Shown here: positions 9,853 to 18,314 of the stretch, piece by piece | Position numbering within the stretch: the stretch's first letter is position 1 | How the letters are laid out: each line of letters opens with the position of its first letter | DNA from: Sphingobacteriaceae bacterium | GTDB lineage: Bacteria > Bacillota > Sulfobacillia > Thermaerobacterales > RSA17 | Direction of reading: 5' to 3' | NCBI GenBank assembly: GCA_035303785.1 | Contig: DATGRI010000022.1 | Span: 6,913-70,912, forward strand | Length of the DNA: 64,000 nucleotides | The notes under the pieces: generated by a model | Told to the model about the DNA's origin: nothing | Seen by the model: only the letters and a program-made list of their open reading frames with translations | Databases searched by the model: none | Position numbers and translations under genes: made by a program

Positions 9853-10563
9853 ATGGCACCCTTGGCGGATCGATCGGTCATCGTGACGGGAGCCAGCCGC
9901 GGCATCGGCCGGGCCATCGTCTCGGCCATGGCGGGAGCGGGCGCCCTAGTCTACGCTGCCGCCAGGAGCCGCGACGCCCTGGACCGGGCAGCGGCGGAGG
10001 CACCCGGGCCGGGCCGGGTGGTGCCCGTGCCCACCGATGTCACCGACCCCGGTCAAGTGGCGGCTCTGGTGAAGCGGGTTGAAGACGAGCACGGCCACGT
10101 GGACATCCTGGTCAACAACGCCGGCGTGGGCTACTACGCCCCGGTGGAAGAACTGGCCGTGGAGCATTGGGACCACATGATGGACGCCAACCTGAAGGGC
10201 GCCTTCCTGTGCTGCCGGGCGGTGCTGCCCAAGATGAAGGCCCGGCAGGACGGGCTCATCATCAACATCGCTTCGGTGGCGGGCCTGACCACCTTTCCCG
10301 GCGGCGCCGGGTACTGCGCCTCCAAGTGGGGCATGGTTGCCTTGACGGAAACCTTGCGGGAAGAACTTCGGCCCTTCGAGGTGCGGGCCTGCGTGGTCTG
10401 CCCGGGCTCGGTGCAGACGGACTTCGCCGGTACGCCGCCCAAGCCCTACGCCCTGCGCCCCGAGGATGTGGCGGCCACGGTGCTCCACATCGCCCAGGCT
10501 CCCCGGAGCGTCATCATCAACCAGGTGGTCATGCGGCCTTTGGTGCCCAGGGAATACCAGTGA
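9853..10563 (+). CDS. Short-chain dehydrogenase/reductase (SDR)
   Basis: TGASRGIG, NNAG, YCASK catalytic motif, PGSVQTDF. Confidence 0.93.
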   Translation: MAPLADRSVIVTGASRGIGRAIVSAMAGAGALVYAAARSRDALDRAAAEAPGPGRVVPVPTDVTDPGQVAALVKRVEDEHGHVDILVNNAGVGYYAPVEELAVEHWDHMMDANLKGAFLCCRAVLPKMKARQDGLIINIASVAGLTTFPGGAGYCASKWGMVALTETLREELRPFEVRACVVCPGSVQTDFAGTPPKPYALRPEDVAATVLHIAQAPRSVIINQVVMRPLVPREYQ

Positions 10564-10598
10564 TCCGAGCCGGCGGGGGGGCCGGGACCCCTTCCCAT

Positions 10599-10628
10599 TT
10601 GAACCTATGGGCGGTAAACAAGTACAAT
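10599..10628 (+). promoter_or_regulatory. sigmaA promoter
   Basis: TTGAAC-N18-TACAAT upstream of the DUF2203 gene. Confidence 0.5.
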
Positions 10629-10679
10629 GGGGTAGCATGGTTCGAGCCTACAGCCCTGGTCCCGGGCCCATGAGGAAGG

Positions 10680-11165
10680 ATGGACGCCATGCCCGAAGGA
10701 AAAGGTCGCGAGCAGCCCCAGGCTGCCGACGCCCGGCCCACCCATCGCCGGGCCCGGAAGTACTTCACCGTCGATGAGGCCAACGCCCTGCTGCCCATCT
10801 TGGAGCGGCAGCTGTGCGATCTCCAGGAACTGTACCGGGGCGCCCGGGAGAAGTATACGGAGATCCGCAAGCTGCAGGCCGTAGGCTACAAGGAAGACGG
10901 CACCTTGATCATGGAGTACGACTACCGGCAGGCCAAGAAGGCTTTCGACGAGATGGTGGACCGGATGAACGCCCTCATCGAGGACATCAACCGGCCCGGC
11001 TGCCTGCTGAAGGAGATCGAGACGGGGCTGGTGGACTTCCCCAGCATCATCCAGGGCAAGGAAGTTCTGTTGTGCTGGCGCCTAGGGGAGCCGATGGTGA
11101 CCCACTTTCATTCTTTTGAGGAAGGCTACACCGGCCGCCGGCCCTTGTTCCCCGACGAAAGATAG
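10680..11165 (+). CDS. DUF2203 family protein
   Basis: FTVDEANALLP ... GLVDFP ... LCWRLGE ... HSFEEGYTGRRP pattern. Confidence 0.85.
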   Translation: MDAMPEGKGREQPQAADARPTHRRARKYFTVDEANALLPILERQLCDLQELYRGAREKYTEIRKLQAVGYKEDGTLIMEYDYRQAKKAFDEMVDRMNALIEDINRPGCLLKEIETGLVDFPSIIQGKEVLLCWRLGEPMVTHFHSFEEGYTGRRPLFPDER

Positions 11166-11656
11166 TCCGTCAAGGCTTCGTTGGTGCTCCTAAAGGCCAG
11201 GTGCTGCCACGGCAGTTCCCTGGTGTCGAAGAGAGCCACATCCAGACATTCACGGCCCACCTGGGGCGTGCCCTCCACCATCCGGGCCGCGTAGACCACT
11301 ACCACCACCGCCGAATCGGGATATGAATAGGCATCCACCAACTGCTCCAGTTGGACCCGGACGCCCGTTTCCTCGTACGTCTCCCTGATGGCGGCCTCCC
11401 GCACCGTCTCCCCCAGATCCACATAGCCGCCGGGAATGACCCACAAGCCGTAGCCGGGCTCGATGGCCCGCTTCACCAGCAGGATGCGCCCGTCGGCGTC
11501 CACCGGGATGGTGCACGCCGCCACCTTGGGGTTCAAATAGGCGATCCACCGGCATGAAGGGCAGACCAGCCGCTCCCGCTCCTCTTCCATGATCCAGCGG
11601 GAAACCAGAGGTGTGCCGCATTGGGTGCAGTGGCGGGGAATATATTCGCTGAACAT
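11126..11656 (-). CDS. NUDIX hydrolase with N-terminal zinc ribbon
   Basis: CTQCG...CPSC ribbon, YLNPK, Nudix box GGYVDLGETVREAAIRETYEETG. Confidence 0.92.
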   Translation of the reverse strand: MFSEYIPRHCTQCGTPLVSRWIMEEERERLVCPSCRWIAYLNPKVAACTIPVDADGRILLVKRAIEPGYGLWVIPGGYVDLGETVREAAIRETYEETGVRVQLEQLVDAYSYPDSAVVVVVYAARMVEGTPQVGRECLDVALFDTRELPWQHLAFRSTNEALTDYLSSGNKGRRPV

Positions 11657-11691
11657 GACATCCCTGCTCCCGGGCGTCGTCCCGGCCGCCC

Positions 11692-12258
11692 TCAGGCTTC
11701 CGGCGGGGCCGGCTGCCACGATATGTCGCCGGTCCCCTCGGCCTGGTTGGCCAGCCTGGCCAGCACAAACAGCAAATCCGACAACCGGTTCAAATAGCGT
11801 ACGATCTCGGGGTTCAACGGGTGGGCGGCGGCGGCGGTCACCACCCGCCGCTCGGCCCGGCGGACGATGGTCCGGGCCATGTGCAGCCGGGCGGCCAGCT
11901 CCGTGCCCCCGGGCAGGATGAACCGGCGCAGAGGCTGAAGCCGGGCTTCCGTCTCGTCGATCTCCTGCTCCAGCCGCTCCACGTGCCGGGCGGTGATCAT
12001 GGGCGGCCGCTCCGTGGATCCCGGCACGGCCCTGGGGTCGGCCAGGTCGGCCCCGGCGTCGAACAGTTCCTGCTGGATCCGCCGCAGCTTCTCCGCCAAG
12101 GCTTGATGGCCGCCGGCGGCGGCCACGGCCAGGCCGATGGCGGCGTTGGCCTCATCCACGGTGCCGTAGGCTTCCACCCGCAGGTCGTCCTTCTCCACCC
12201 GCCCGCCGGCAAAGAGGGCCGTCGTTCCCTGGTCGCCTGTGCGGGTGTAGATCTTCAC
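11692..12258 (-). CDS. Cob(I)yrinic acid a,c-diamide adenosyltransferase, PduO type
   Basis: KIYTRTGDQG, YGTVDEAN, FILPGG, ARTIVRRAER, YLNRLSDLLF. Confidence 0.95.
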   Translation of the reverse strand: MKIYTRTGDQGTTALFAGGRVEKDDLRVEAYGTVDEANAAIGLAVAAAGGHQALAEKLRRIQQELFDAGADLADPRAVPGSTERPPMITARHVERLEQEIDETEARLQPLRRFILPGGTELAARLHMARTIVRRAERRVVTAAAAHPLNPEIVRYLNRLSDLLFVLARLANQAEGTGDISWQPAPPEA

Positions 12259-12435
12259 TGCCGCAGCCCTCCTCATGGCAAGCCATCCCGGCGGGATTGG
12301 TAGTGGTCATTTTACCACGGAGGGGTATGGGCGTCATCCATTTCCAATATGGCCCCGCCCTTGGACCGGCAGACTAAGGTGTGCCGGCCCAGGCCCCAGG
12401 CCGTTGCGACCGGGCCCGCCGGCGAGGTGAGGACT

Positions 12436-13461
12436 TTGCCGTCATGGCGTGAGTGGTGGGAGCAATATGTGGCCCGGCTGCAGCGCCGGGACCCGGCGGC
12501 CTGGGCCGCCACGGGGGCCGTCGTCCTGGCCTTGGGCCTGATGGTCTATTTCTCCGCCGCCCGGCGGCCACCGGCCCTGCAGCGGGGGCCCCTGCCGGCG
12601 GTGCCCGAGGCCGTCAGCCGGGGATCCGGCCGGGAGCCCCGCCTGCGGGTCTACTTCCACGAAACGGGCCGGGTGGAGGAAATGGACATGGAAGAGTACC
12701 TCAAGGGCGTGGTGGCGGCGGAGATGGAGCCCGCCTGGCCCCTGGCCGCCCTGGAGGCCCAGGCCATCATCGCCCGCACCTTCACCTTGGAGCGCATCGA
12801 CGCCGACGGCGGCGTGCCCGAGCGGAACGCCCACGCCTCCACCGACCACCGGGAGTTCCAAGCATATAACGCCCAGCGGGTCAACGAACAGGTGGAGCAG
12901 GCGGTGGCCAACACCCGGGGCCAGGTGGTGGTCCACGACGGCCGCTTCGCCCGCACCTGGTTCCATGCCTACAGCGGCGGGCAGACGACCACCCCGGCGG
13001 AAGGCCTGGGGGTGGACGCGGAACTGGACTATCTTCCTTCTGTAGTGGACCGGGAATTGGATGAAGACATCCCCGAAGAAGTGAAGTTCTGGACCATGCG
13101 GGTGCCCGGCTCCCGCCTGCGCCGGGCGGTGGAGCGCCTCAGCGGCAAGGATCCCGGGACCCCTCGCACGGTGCGGGTGTCCCGGTGGACCGACAGCGGC
13201 CGGGCGGCCACCATATCGGTCAACGGTGTGGACGTGGGCGGCAATGCCCTAAGGGCCGAACTGGGCGGCGAGCAGTTCAAGTCCACCATGCTGAGAGAGA
13301 TCACCGTGGAAGACGGCGCCGTGGTTTTCCAAGGCAAGGGCTACGGGCACGGCGTAGGCCTCAGCCAGTGGGGAGCCAAGGTCATGGCCGATCGGGGCAA
13401 GAGCGCCGAGGAGATCGTAGCCCGCTACTACCGGGGAACCTACATCGGCCGCCTCTGGTAG
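12436..13461 (+). CDS. SpoIID/LytB domain lytic transglycosylase-like protein, membrane-anchored
   Basis: EEYLKGVVAAEM (catalytic Glu), ALEAQAIIART, GYGHGVGLSQWGA; N-terminal TM helix; start set at TTG after GAGGTGA. Confidence 0.9.
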   Translation: MPSWREWWEQYVARLQRRDPAAWAATGAVVLALGLMVYFSAARRPPALQRGPLPAVPEAVSRGSGREPRLRVYFHETGRVEEMDMEEYLKGVVAAEMEPAWPLAALEAQAIIARTFTLERIDADGGVPERNAHASTDHREFQAYNAQRVNEQVEQAVANTRGQVVVHDGRFARTWFHAYSGGQTTTPAEGLGVDAELDYLPSVVDRELDEDIPEEVKFWTMRVPGSRLRRAVERLSGKDPGTPRTVRVSRWTDSGRAATISVNGVDVGGNALRAELGGEQFKSTMLREITVEDGAVVFQGKGYGHGVGLSQWGAKVMADRGKSAEEIVARYYRGTYIGRLW

Positions 13462-13484
13462 GCGGCGCCGGCTCCGGCGCCGTA

Positions 13485-14402
13485 TTAGGACATGGCCTCC
13501 TCCGCCAGGACATCTTCAGCCAGGGGCTCTTCCACCGGGCCCTCCTCCGGCGACCCTTCGTCCCCCGCCTGCCGGGAGTCCCGGAGCACCCCGGTGAAGC
13601 CCGCTTCCTCGATGGCCTCCTCCAGTTGGTCCTGCAGTTGGGACAGGAGGCTGTACAGGCGGTTTTGCCGGATATTAAGGGTGCCGCCCAGCAAGGCCAC
13701 ATCTCCCAGGTTGGTGAACAAGGTGAAGATGATGGGCCGGAGCCTGCGGCCCGTGGTGGTGCGCAGGCCTTCCTGCAGGAGCCACTTGCGCCCCACCGGG
13801 GGCCGCCCGTCCAGGTAGAAGCAGATGCTCAAGGCATGGTCCAGCAGGGAAGCCAGGTTCTGCAGGAGGACGAAGGGTTGGCCCCTGCGGAAATTCCACG
13901 CGATGGAGGCCCGGCGCCGACGCAGGCCTTGATAGCGCCGGCGCAGCAGTTCCACCAGCACGTCCTCGGGGTATTCCACGGGCCCGGCCACCAAGGTGGC
14001 GTACCGGTCCTGGGGATCGTATACCACGGGCGCCTGGGGATAGGTCACCATGGCGAAGTCCTGGTATTCCGCCAGTTCCCTTTCGGCTTCGGCGAAGGTG
14101 CGCAGGGTGAACATCACCCTGAAGCCCAGAGAGCCGGCCGCATCGGGCAGCACGGCAAAGCCGTCCCGGTCGAAGCGCACGTTGCCGGCTGCCAGCTGCC
14201 GGCGGATGGCCGTGATGGCCTCCTCGCCGCCCAGGATGACCAGGTCCACGCCCGAGTAGCGGTCGGCGTAAGGCGCCGCCGCCGAGCCTGAAAGAATTAT
14301 GGTCAGTTCCTCCCGGTAGGGAGCAAAGATGGGGTGGCCCAGCAAGAAGTCCTTGGTGATGGTCTGAGCCGCCGTCAATAGTTCCTGCTGCAATTTCCCC
14401 AT
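13485..14402 (-). CDS. Nucleotidyltransferase-fold / DUF4037-like protein with degenerate catalytic motif
   Basis: ILSGSAAAPYADRYSGVDLVIL resembles GSxAxGxADxxSDxDL; helical C-terminal domain with KWL. Confidence 0.55.
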   Translation of the reverse strand: MGKLQQELLTAAQTITKDFLLGHPIFAPYREELTIILSGSAAAPYADRYSGVDLVILGGEEAITAIRRQLAAGNVRFDRDGFAVLPDAAGSLGFRVMFTLRTFAEAERELAEYQDFAMVTYPQAPVVYDPQDRYATLVAGPVEYPEDVLVELLRRRYQGLRRRRASIAWNFRRGQPFVLLQNLASLLDHALSICFYLDGRPPVGRKWLLQEGLRTTTGRRLRPIIFTLFTNLGDVALLGGTLNIRQNRLYSLLSQLQDQLEEAIEEAGFTGVLRDSRQAGDEGSPEEGPVEEPLAEDVLAEEAMS

Positions 14403-14443
14403 GGCGATCCTCCCGGGCTCTCCTCCCCTGTTACCTTATCAAA

Positions 14444-14755
14444 TCAGCCGTACTTCCAGACCACCCCGAAGCCGCCCCGGGGATTGAGCCATTCGATGTT
14501 CAGGTAGGGGCAGCCGATGCGGCAGGTGCCGCATTCAATGCAGCCCTCGTACCCCACCATGATCTTGGCCACTTCGTCTTCCCACTCGTAGACTTCGGCG
14601 GGGCAGAAGCGGGTGCACCACTTCTCCTTGCATTCCGTCAGGCAGATGTCATGGTCCTTGATGATGAGATGGGACCGGTCATCGGGCTTGAACCGGTTGC
14701 TGTACAGTTTGTCCTTTACCGTCATCTGCTGGGTGACGGCGGCGGTTTCCGACAT
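14444..14755 (-). CDS. fixX: Ferredoxin-like protein FixX
   Basis: CxxxCPAEVY and CIECGTCRIGCP; NPRGGFGV ending; last gene of fixABCX. Confidence 0.93.
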   Translation of the reverse strand: MSETAAVTQQMTVKDKLYSNRFKPDDRSHLIIKDHDICLTECKEKWCTRFCPAEVYEWEDEVAKIMVGYEGCIECGTCRIGCPYLNIEWLNPRGGFGVVWKYG

Positions 14756-14779
14756 GTCGGCTTCCTCCTTGGCGGGAGT

Positions 14780-16081
14780 TCAAGGTACGCCCAGGGCACG
14801 GCTGAGCCGGACCATATCGCTGAGAATGCGCCAGAAAGGCCTCTTCTCCCTGATCATCTGCAGGATCTTGGCCTGCTTCTCCTTCTTCGGCGTGCCGTCC
14901 ACGATGCCGAATTCCTCGGCGGCCCGGTTGAGAAGCTCCGGGTACAGGGTGAAGAACTGGGTGTTCTGCTCGAAGAAGTCGGTGAAGTTCTCGTACTTGG
15001 CCAGGTCCTGCAGGATGAAGCTGGCCTTCAGCCGGTCGTGGTAGCCCTTCAGAACCCGGGCCGAGAAATCGTCCAGTTCCTTGGCCTCGATGACCGTCTC
15101 GGCCGCCATCTTCCCCGACATGAGGGCCAGGTTGGAGCCTTCCCGGTGGACGGCGTTCACCAGCCGGGCGGCGTCGCCCACAATGAGCAGCCCGTCGGTG
15201 TAGACCTGGGGCATGCTCTTGATGCCGCCTTCGGGAATGAGCTTGGCGCTGTACTCCTTGGTCTCGCCGCCCTCCAGCAGGGGCTTGACGGCGGGATGGC
15301 TCTTGAAGGACTCCAGCACTTCGTTGGGGTTGAGCCCCGACTGCACCAGGTGGGACACGGCGATGCCCACGCCGATGGAGACGGAATCCTTGTTGGTGTA
15401 AAGCCAGCCCATCCCGAACATGCCCCGGGTGGCCGCCCCCAGGGCTTCATAGGCGACCCCTTCGCCGTCCTCCAAGTTAAAGCGGTCCTCGATGACGCCC
15501 TTGCGCAGGGCGATGACTTCCTTTACGGCCAGGGCGGCTTCGTTCATCTTGAGGTCTTCGCCCAGGCGGTTCTTCTGGGTGATCAAGTTGTTGACGCCTT
15601 CGGCCAGGATGACCACGTCGGCGTACAGGTCGCCCTGGTCCCGGCTGGTCTGGACGCCCACCACCCGGCCGCCTTCCCAGATCAAATCGGTCACCGTCGT
15701 TTCGGTGATGAGGAAGGCGCCGGCCTCCTCGGCCTGCTGGGCGAACCATGGGTCGAACTTGGCCCGCAGCACGCTGTAGGCGTTGTAGGGCGGCTTGCTC
15801 CAGGAGCCGCCCTGGTACATGAAGGTTACGGCCGAATCTTCCGCCAGCATCCAGAGGCCCTGCTTGACGATGCCCCGCTCCACGGGGGCGTCGGCTGAGA
15901 AGTTGGGCACGATTTCTTCCGTGGGCTGGCGGTACATGATGCCGCCCATGACGTTCTTGGCGCCGGGGTAGTCGCCCCGTTCCACGATGACCACGTTCAG
16001 GCCGGCTCGGGCCATGGTGATGGCCGCCGCGCAGCCGGCGGGGCCTGCCCCGACCACTATGCAGTCGAATTTGTCAGCCAA
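14780..16081 (-). CDS. fixC: FixC FAD-dependent ETF-quinone oxidoreductase-like protein
   Basis: DCIVVGAGPAG, ERGDYPGAKNVMGG, LIPEGG, VGDAA, REGSNLALMSG. Confidence 0.95.
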   Translation of the reverse strand: MADKFDCIVVGAGPAGCAAAITMARAGLNVVIVERGDYPGAKNVMGGIMYRQPTEEIVPNFSADAPVERGIVKQGLWMLAEDSAVTFMYQGGSWSKPPYNAYSVLRAKFDPWFAQQAEEAGAFLITETTVTDLIWEGGRVVGVQTSRDQGDLYADVVILAEGVNNLITQKNRLGEDLKMNEAALAVKEVIALRKGVIEDRFNLEDGEGVAYEALGAATRGMFGMGWLYTNKDSVSIGVGIAVSHLVQSGLNPNEVLESFKSHPAVKPLLEGGETKEYSAKLIPEGGIKSMPQVYTDGLLIVGDAARLVNAVHREGSNLALMSGKMAAETVIEAKELDDFSARVLKGYHDRLKASFILQDLAKYENFTDFFEQNTQFFTLYPELLNRAAEEFGIVDGTPKKEKQAKILQMIREKRPFWRILSDMVRLSRALGVP

Positions 16082-17261
16082 GGGCCACGCCTCCCGTCAC
16101 CGGCTGCTGTCCCTGATCGTTTCCGGATGAGGAGCCGCCGGCACGGTCACCCAGCTTTTCCCGCAAGGCTTGGGTCAGCAGGGGCAGGATGGTGAACAAA
16201 TCCCCGACGATGCCGAAGTCGGCGGCGGCGAAGATGGGCGCAGCCGGATCCCGATTGATGGCGATGATCACATCTGAATTTTGCATGCCCACCAGGTGCT
16301 GGATGGCGCCGGAAATGCCTACGGCCACATACACCTTGGGCCGGACGGTGATGCCCGTCTGGCCCACCTGGTGCTCGTGGCCGATCCAGCCGGCGTCCAC
16401 CACCGGCCGGGAAGCGCCGATGACGGCGCCCATGGTGTCGGCCAGTTCCCGCACCAGGTCAAAATTGCGGGGTTCACCCAGGCCCCGGCCGCCGGCCACG
16501 ATGACGTCGGCCTGGGTCAGGTCCACGGAGCCGACCCCTTCGTCGTGGACCGCCAGGACCTTCATGGGAATGTCGTCGTCGCCCAGGGCAAAGGTTTCCT
16601 TGATGATCCGGCCCTGGCGGGAGGTGTCCCGAGCGGCCGGCTCCATGACGCCGGGCCGGACGGTGGCCATCTGGGGACGGTGCTTCTTGCACAAGATGAC
16701 GGCCAATTGCTTTTCCAGGAAGGCGGGCCGGATGGCGTCCAGCAGGCCCGTTTCGGGATCCACGTCCAACTGGGTGCAGTCGGCCGTCAGGCCGGTGCTC
16801 AGGCGGGTGGCCACGGTGCCGGCCAGGTCCCGGCCGGTGGAGGTGGCCCCCAGGAGGAAAATGGTCACCTTAATCTTGTCGATGACGGGCAGGATGGCCT
16901 CGGTATAGGCCCAGTTGCGGTAGGAGGCCAACTGCGGGGAGTCGATGACGTAAACTTCGTCGCAGCCGCGATAAATGGCTTCCTGGGCCAGGTCGTCGAT
17001 ATTGTGGCCGCAGATGATGCCGTAAAGCTTGCCCTGGATCTTGTCGGCCAGCCGGCGGCCTACGCCGCACAACTCCCACGCCACGGGGGCGATGCGGCCG
17101 TTGTGCTGCTCCAGGAATACGCCTACGCCGTGGTAGCCTTCAATCCACTCTGCGCCCTTGACCTTGCGGGGGCGCTCCTTCTTGGCGGTTTGCTCCTCTG
17201 TTTGGGCCGGCGCCCCGGGCTGGGAAGCCCCGCCTTGGGTCGCCTGCTCCTCATTGGCCAC
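16074..17261 (-). CDS. fixB: Electron transfer flavoprotein alpha subunit (FixB)
   Basis: GLTADCT, QMATVRPG, VAGGRG, QVGQTG, GISGAIQHLVGM. Confidence 0.95.
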   Translation of the reverse strand: MANEEQATQGGASQPGAPAQTEEQTAKKERPRKVKGAEWIEGYHGVGVFLEQHNGRIAPVAWELCGVGRRLADKIQGKLYGIICGHNIDDLAQEAIYRGCDEVYVIDSPQLASYRNWAYTEAILPVIDKIKVTIFLLGATSTGRDLAGTVATRLSTGLTADCTQLDVDPETGLLDAIRPAFLEKQLAVILCKKHRPQMATVRPGVMEPAARDTSRQGRIIKETFALGDDDIPMKVLAVHDEGVGSVDLTQADVIVAGGRGLGEPRNFDLVRELADTMGAVIGASRPVVDAGWIGHEHQVGQTGITVRPKVYVAVGISGAIQHLVGMQNSDVIIAINRDPAAPIFAAADFGIVGDLFTILPLLTQALREKLGDRAGGSSSGNDQGQQPVTGGVALG

Positions 17262-17263
17262 CG

Positions 17264-18112
17264 TCAGCCCTCCCCTTTCCCCTTAGCCATGACGGCCTCA
17301 ACAAATTTCGGTTCTTCCATCAGGAGATCCACCAATTCCCGCACGGCCTGCTCCGGGTTGGTGCGGCCGTCGATGATGCGGCCCTGGCGGGACTGGACGG
17401 GCGGGACGAAGCTCTTGGCTACGATGGTGGGCGACCCCAGCAGGCCCACTTCCTCCCGGGCCAGACCCAGATCTTCCCGGTTCCAGATGGTGATCTCGGC
17501 CTTGGCCGCCGCCATGAGGGACGGCAGCGAGGCGTAGCGGGGCGTGTTCAGTTCCTTCTCCACCGTCAGCAAGGCCGGCAGCCGGCTCCAGACCACCTGA
17601 CGCTGCCGCTCCATCTTGCGCTCGACGATGATCTCCTTCTGGTCGAAGTCCGCCTTTTGGATGGCGATGACCGAGGTGAGGACCGGCCAGTGGAGCCGGG
17701 CGGCCACGCCGGGCCCTACCTGGGCCGTGTCGCCGTCGATGGTCTGCTTGCCGCACACCACCACGTCCACCGGTTCGATTTCCTCGTTGATGCGCTCGAT
17801 GGCCCGGGCCAACACCCTGCTGGTGGCAAAGGTGTCGGCGGCCGCCATGCTCCGGTCGCTCAGGAGGATGGCCCGGTCGGCGCCCAGGGACAAGGCTTTC
17901 CGCAAGGATTGGATGAAGGACGGAGGACCCATGCTGATGACCGTCACGGACCCGCCGTGGTCGTCTTTGAATTGCAAGGCGCATTCCAGGGCATGTACAT
18001 CATGGGGATTGATGATGGAGGCTACCCCGGACCGAACCAAGGTGCCCGTCTCGGGATTGATGCGCAGCTCCGATGTGTCGGGCACCTGCTTAATGCAAAC
18101 TACCGCATGCAC
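17264..18112 (-). CDS. fixA: Electron transfer flavoprotein beta subunit (FixA)
   Basis: VCIKQVPDT, SMGPP, ADTFATS (group II/Fix-type NADH motif position), GKQTIDGDTAQVGP. Confidence 0.95.
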   Translation of the reverse strand: MHAVVCIKQVPDTSELRINPETGTLVRSGVASIINPHDVHALECALQFKDDHGGSVTVISMGPPSFIQSLRKALSLGADRAILLSDRSMAAADTFATSRVLARAIERINEEIEPVDVVVCGKQTIDGDTAQVGPGVAARLHWPVLTSVIAIQKADFDQKEIIVERKMERQRQVVWSRLPALLTVEKELNTPRYASLPSLMAAAKAEITIWNREDLGLAREEVGLLGSPTIVAKSFVPPVQSRQGRIIDGRTNPEQAVRELVDLLMEEPKFVEAVMAKGKGEG

Positions 18113-18177
18113 CGCCGTCACTCCCTTGGGGGGCCACCTGCTTCCGGCAGAGCGGGTGTTGCCCTGCGGCGCGAAGC

Positions 18178-18195
18178 TTGTGAAATTTATCACGA
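18178..18195. promoter_or_regulatory. Rex- or Fnr/Crp-type palindromic operator upstream of fixA
   Basis: TTGTGAAATTTATCACGA: 16/18 match to Rex TTGTGAA-N4-TTCACAA and fits TGTGA-N6-TCACA; lies between the promoter and the fixA start. Confidence 0.7.
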
Positions 18196-18238
18196 ATGAT
18201 GGTGCACTAAACCGCCTTTAATCAGCGAACCTGACAGC

Positions 18239-18247
18239 ATCATATCA
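18239..18247 (-). promoter_or_regulatory. Extended -10 promoter for fixABCX
   Basis: Minus strand TGaTATGAT; no good -35. Confidence 0.45.
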
Positions 18248-18274
18248 CACCCCGGCCAAGAAAGGGGTGTTGAG

Positions 18275-18314
18275 TTTTCAACCGGAATTTTCAACCCGCC
18301 GGAACTTTCAACCC
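18275..18314. repeat. Short imperfect direct repeats (TTTCAACC x3)
   Basis: TTTCAACC starts at 18276, 18289 and 18306; CCGGAA(T/C)TTTCAACCC 16-mer occurs twice with period 17. Confidence 0.7.

Noticed and set aside
10630-10665. GGTTCGAGCC resembling a tRNA T-loop
   Set aside because: No pairing T-stem, D-arm or acceptor stem; it lies in the leader of the DUF2203 gene.
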